Origin: Blepharisma stoltei ATCC 30299 | Lineage: Eukaryota > Protista > Ciliophora | Direction: 5' to 3' | Length of the DNA stretch: 64,000 nucleotides | Assembly (NCBI GenBank): GCA_965603825.1 | Contig: CBFDEM010000039.1 | Location: 62,001-126,000 of the forward strand | Shown here: positions 58,763 to 64,000 of the stretch, in pieces | Numbering within the stretch: position 1 is the first letter of the stretch | Layout: every line of letters begins with the position of its first letter | Made by a program: the position numbers and the translations under genes | Notes under the pieces: generated by a model | What the model was told of the DNA's origin: nothing | The model's database searches: none | Seen by the model: only the letters and a program-made list of their open reading frames with translations

Positions 58763-61165
58763 TTAATTTTCATCTATGTCAGAATTAAAGGACTCTTGGT
58801 ATTCTTCTTTATATTGGGGCTCTGGGTTGTTTTCTATTTCTTCAATGGATTCTTCAAAAACGGCGCTGCCTGCTTCAATTTGGCTGGTTTCTGGGTTTTC
58901 GTAGACATTTAGGTCTGTGAATGGGATGCCTTCTTGCATGTCTTCTAGAGCTTGCTTGTAGGGGACTTTGTAGATGGACTGGTTGTAGCTGAAGAGTTGG
59001 GTCATTGCCCAGCTGAATTCTGATTTTTGGCTGATTATTCGGTGGATTCTGAGCTCTTCAATTATGATATTCATGGGGACTAAATCATTTCCTTGGCTTT
59101 TCTCCTCAACTCTGGACCCAATAACATCAATTTCATCCATCAGCAAGCTTCTAAGCCTTCTAATAACTCCTTCAATCTCAGATTTAGACAAAGGTTTCCA
59201 GTCTCTCAGCAAAAATCCAAGCTTTTCTATTATTTCTCCCTTTGTCACAGTGTCTTTTTCGTCAAGAATTGACAATATTAAAGCTTCTCGTATTGAGTCT
59301 TTTTCTATCAAAATATTTTCTGATGTAAATAATTTTTCTAATGAATCCTTGTCATACTCTTCTAAATTTAAAATAAGCTCAATATATTTTTTTTTATCCC
59401 TCACCACATTATAATTAAATCGTGTCCCTATTTCACATGCGGCGATTTCGACCAAACTTTTATCAATCTTTAAAATCCAGCTGTTTTCTTTATTATTACT
59501 ATCATAAGAGGTATCAGAAATATCATCCATTTCCATATTCGCCAATTCCTCTATAAGGACTGATACCAAAACCTGGTGGTCATTTTCGCCAAATCTTTTC
59601 ATAAAGCAGTCATACTCATTTTGTGATAAATTTATGGCTTCTTGTGATAAAACTGTCTGTAAGTCGTCTAAATTGATGATCCCGATTTTATTTATGTCGA
59701 TGTCACTGACCCATTCTTGGATATCAAGTTTGTTTTGCATCAAAAAATATTTTATTTTCATCAAAAATGAGATGATAAGGCCTTCTTCTTCTTTGGGGTT
59801 AAGTTTGGCACTTTCCAGCTCAATTTTGTCGTCTGGGATGTAGACGTCTTCGTTAGGGTTTTCGAATTCTTGCTGCTCTTTGTAGGATTCTTCTTCGTTA
59901 TAGTCTTTTTCTGATGAGATTTCTTGTACTGGGTCGTTTTTTTCGAGAAATTCTTCTTCGTTTTTGGAGGTTTCGCTGTTTTTTGATTTAATTTCGCTTG
60001 ATTCTGATTTTGCGTCACTTTTGATTGATTCTTCAAGCTTCTTATAGGAGTCTTCAAGCTTTATGCCGACTTTGGTAGAAGCGACTTCAAAATCTTTTTG
60101 GCCATTTATAAGCTCTTTTTGAGCATTAATTAGCTCTTTTTTCTTTGTATCTTCTATAGCTCTGCTATTTAAGTCTTTTATTTCTTTTTGAAGCTCAGCG
60201 ATTATTTTTTCTTGTCTTGTAGCCTTTTTTTCCATTGCACTCATTTCTAAATACAAATTTCTAATTTCTTCATCTTTATTTTTTACGACTTCATTAACTT
60301 TTTCTTCTTCTTCTCGAGCCAAGCTGCTTTGCATTGCGACATCATTTTTTTCTGGTTTTAGCTCGTTTATCTTTCTTTCGTCGTTTAGCTGGTTTTTTAA
60401 TTTTTCAAGCTCGTCTTTCATCAATTTTTTGCTTGTGTCCTTCTCTGGGTCATTTTTCTTCAATTGTTTTTTTAAAGTTACAATCTCTTCACTTTTCAAC
60501 GCATCAGAATCTTGGTAAAATCTTAAAGCTTGCTGTAACTGTTCCCTTTCATTTTGTAATTGTTCTAAAAATCCTGAATTATCAGGCCAAGGCTTCTTAT
60601 CATTGACGACTTCCATAAGCATTCTTTTCAGCCTCATGCATTCATTGGCATATTGCTGCAATTCTTCACCCATTTCTTGCATTTTGGTAAGTCGTGTTGA
60701 TCTTTTTAATAAATCAAGCTCTTTGTCTTTGGCTTGCAGTTCAGCTTTAACATCACGAATAACAGTTTTCAAGTTTTCTACTAGGTGGGAGGTGGATTTT
60801 ATATCTGGGGAAGTGCTTTGCTGGTTTTTTTCAAGCTCTTTTTCTAGCTGAGATAGTTTTGTCTTCAATTGAGTGTTTTCTTCAGATATAGTGTTGCAGA
60901 GCTGCTTTAAAATGAGATTTTCTTCATATAAGCGTTCTTTATCTATATTAATCTGCCTTGGCCGAATCCTAGAAACATATGCTGGATCTGAAAATGCCAT
61001 TGAAGTCTTAGGAAGATAATTTGTTTTTGCAATTGGACGCATGTCAGTTGATCCACGGATTTTAGGAGTACTTTGAGATTTAGAGATGGAAAAAGGCCTC
61101 TGACTTAAAGGCTTGAGATTTATGTGATTGATCTGGTTTAAAGGCTGCCTGCATAAGTGTTACAT
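58763..61165 (-). CDS. IQCE-like coiled-coil protein with degenerate EF hand
   Basis: DKERLYEE...LKTKL and TKMQEM...YANECMRL resemble the IQCE N-terminal region (from memory); frame stays open upstream of 61042 to a 15-nt intron that splits the ATG. Confidence 0.7.
61149..61163 (-). other. 15-nt intron GTAACACTTATGCAG inside the start codon
   Basis: GT..AG, A10; splicing gives AT|G in frame with the downstream ORF. Confidence 0.65.
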
Positions 61166-61436
61166 TTATGGACGTTTTAGCTGATATTTTTAAATATTAA
61201 TATAATAGAAAAATAAGCTAGGAGGATAAAGAAAATAGTTAGATAATAAGGCTATTTGTAGCTTAATTTGATATTCATATTAGTTTTACAAAATTTTTAC
61301 TCAGAATTTCAATTTATGAGATAATTTTTTATCATTTTTTTATTTTCAATAGGAAAGTATATCTTTTTCTCATTAAAATGCAGCTTGGGATTCTCTTATA
61401 AGATAATTACTCTCAATAATAAAATTATTTTAAACA

Positions 61437-62981
61437 ATGTATGAAGGAGATTCTACTTGCCAAACCCCAACTCTTCCTAAAATTAAAAACACTCGAAGGC
61501 TCCAAATAGGTCCAGACACTGTTATAGGAATTCCACGAAGTCTAATAAATTCACGCATATCAATTCCTACAATTCCACTTACTAAAAGTGTACCATCATT
61601 AAGAATTTTCCATAATAACACAGAAAATCTCACAGAGACAAAAACGAACTTTATTGATGAGCTTATTCAAAGATTTTCTGCAGGGGAAAACATAGAATTC
61701 ATTGACATTGTTAACAAAGTCCAAAGAATAAAGCCTTTAGTTCTATTTTGGGAAATTAAAAGAACGGAAGGTTTCATTCCTGAGGCACGAGTAGGCGCTA
61801 CTATGTCAGTTGTAAATGGGAACATTTATCTATTTGGCGGACAATCTGGAGACAGGATAAACGACATTAAAATGCTTGACTATAAAAATTATCATTGAGA
61901 AGGCGTAAACCCATCTTCAAATTCAAATAAAATGCAAGAATACCCTGAGCCAAGGGTTGGACACACTACAATTTCATATAAAAATTCAATCGTGGTATAT
62001 GGAGGAGGTGCCGCTTTTAATCAGACGTTACATATAAGGGCTTGTTTCCCACTTATCCATGCATTTGATACAGTGAATCTACAGTGACAAGCCCACAAGC
62101 CGCTTGGTAGGCTTCCAGATGCCAGGAGAAACCATGGGGCAGTTTTAATTGGCAGCACAATGATTGTATATGGTGGGATTGACAGTAACAGTAAAATTTT
62201 GAACGATTTGTGTGGGCTAAATTTAGAGTCAATGCAATGGTTTTTAACTAAAGTAGAAAAAGGGTCTGTGAAGCCAGGCCCAAGACATTCATTTTCTTTT
62301 ACTTCAGTTTATCATTGTGGAATGCTGAGGCAGTTTACAAATGATATCTTTTCGCTGCCAAATGTATATGATGATGTTTTTACAAGGAAAACCTCAGGGA
62401 TTTACTTATTCGGAGGAATGAACCATCATGGAGTAATTTTTAATGATTTATTTATGCTGCAGCCTAAGCGTAAAAGTATAAGAGATGACGAAAGTATATT
62501 AAGATGGATAAAATTAGAACCATCTGGAAATGTCCCATTGCCGAGATATAACCATTCAGCAGTCCTATGTGGAGGGCATCTATATATAATTGGTGGGAGA
62601 AATGACTCAACTTCATTTGAAACGACTGGAAATGAAGTAAGTGACATTTCTGCTTATAATATAGCAAGCTGCCGATGGGAAACTTTGCTATTAAAAGGGC
62701 AAAAGCCTGGACCAAGACATGGAGCTTCAGCTGTCTCAATTGGTAGTAAAATCCTTTATTTTGGAGGGATGGGAAAAGACCGGTTTTGCCAAACTTTATT
62801 GTTTTCATTAGAAACAGACCAAAATAATGCTCAGGAGCTTATCAAGCTATGGGATGAAGAAGAAAATCATAGGAAAAATAAAGAAGAAATCACTATGAAA
62901 TTATTACAAAAAGGAAAATTACAGTCTGCAGCTAAGGTAGTTTTAACAAAAATTGGGATGAAAGCTTTAAGTGAAATATAG
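61437..62981 (+). CDS. Kelch-repeat protein (HCF/RABEPK-type blades)
   Basis: Repeated P.PR..H...Y.FGG motifs; two TGA at blade-terminal Trp positions. Confidence 0.9.
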
Positions 62982-63057
62982 CACTCATATAACTATATTA
63001 ATTTAAAATTATTTTGTAATTAAATAAATCCTTAACTTTACCTAATAAAATTTCTTA

Positions 63058-63591
63058 ATGTATGCTCCTAACTCAATTCATGGAAAACTCGGTAGAAGAA
63101 ATGAAGAAGGCAGCATAGGAGCTCTTTTAAGCGAAGTCAACGATACAATTGAAAAGCTAAACAGCTGAAAAGAAGAAGAAAAACGATTAGATGAAGAATT
63201 CAATAAAAAGCTTCTGGTTCATAACAACCCAAGCCAAGAAATCGCAGATGAAGAAGAAAAAGAAGAGCACGTTGATTTAAAAGAAATAAATATTGACAAT
63301 ATTAGGCACAGGCAGATTGAAATGGTTAAAGTAACAGATGTCAGTGTCCCAGGAAAAAATAAGAACGATTTCTCTTATAATATTGATGGATCAAGCCTTT
63401 ATGAGGTCGGGACAAAGCTGAATGAAATGCTATCAGAATGAAAAGACAGTGTGGATATTATTGATAATAATAAGAATAAAGCAGAGAAAGGAGAAGAATG
63501 AGAAAAAATTGAGGATATTGAGAAAGAGTTAGCTGAGCTAGAAAGTATGCTGGATTCAGTAGGATCTGGAGATAATATAGAAGACTCTTAA
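63058..63591 (+). CDS. Acidic coiled-coil hypothetical protein (177 aa)
   Basis: ATG..TAA open with three TGA-Trp; missed by the ORF track. Confidence 0.7.
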
Positions 63592-63717
63592 AAGAACTTG
63601 TCTTTATATTTATCAAAATTAATAATATTAATTTTCATCAATTATTAATTATCATCTGGGAATTAAACAAAATTTATCAATAGATGTTGCATTACTTAAC
63701 TATAAAAAACAATCCAT

Positions 63718-64000
63718 ATGATGAATAATATGGCAACAGACAAATTGAGAATTTCAGGTGCCAGACCAATAAACAGGCCTATAAATAACAAAATTAGTGA
63801 AGAATGGAACGACAGATTTTGGCTAGACAAAATTCCTAATTATGAAGGAGCTGCACTATTTAGTAAAACTCAAGGAGCAAAGCGAAAAATCATCAGAAGC
63901 ACGAAAACTAGTACTCATCAGCTGCCAAAAATAGCCAGTTCTAGCTCTTCACATATAGTTTCGAAATTTAAATTAGATATAACTGAGGACCAAATATTGA
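63718..64000 (+). CDS. Hypothetical protein with W-N-D-R-F-W motif (3'-partial)
   Basis: Open to window edge; shares a motif with the gene at 47352; start could be 63718, 63721 or 63730. Confidence 0.6.
   Translation, partial: MMNNMATDKLRISGARPINRPINNKISEEWNDRFWLDKIPNYEGAALFSKTQGAKRKIIRSTKTSTHQLPKIASSSSSHIVSKFKLDITEDQIL

Noticed and set aside
4243-62808. Numerous 60-140 aa antisense or alternative-frame ORFs in the track
   Set aside because: They overlap well-supported genes and have Phe/Ser/Leu-rich shadow composition

Overview
Gene-dense, AT-rich eukaryotic DNA, not prokaryotic. It reads as a heterotrich ciliate macronuclear sequence, most consistent with Blepharisma (inference). TGA is read as Trp, only TAA/TAG terminate, and introns are 15-nt GT..AG with A at position 10. 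The supplied ORF track uses the standard code, so it fragments most genes and misses some (e.g. Cks1). Re-read with TGA=Trp, the window holds about 38 protein genes. These include two CK1 kinases, kinesin-14, TFIIIC Tau95, Cks1, SPICE1-like, UFC1, ABHD17, dynein IC, OSBP, GGTase-I beta, Lsm14, MAPR, two aspartic proteases, eIF2B-beta, NT5C3, and kelch, RING and coiled-coil proteins. The main structural feature is a tandem duplication of a 7188-nt gene. It encodes a ~2395-aa surface protein (LNR/Notch-like repeats, beta-helix, Cys-rich stalk, ~9 TM), and the duplication junction keeps scars of the neighbouring genes. Other oddities are a start codon split by an intron, overlapping stop codons, 8-30 nt intergenic gaps, an intergenic ~113-nt hairpin and a decayed secreted-protein gene. 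I cannot demonstrate a new biological system. The giant receptor pair and the hairpin are the best candidates. All family calls are motif recognition by eye; no database search was run.
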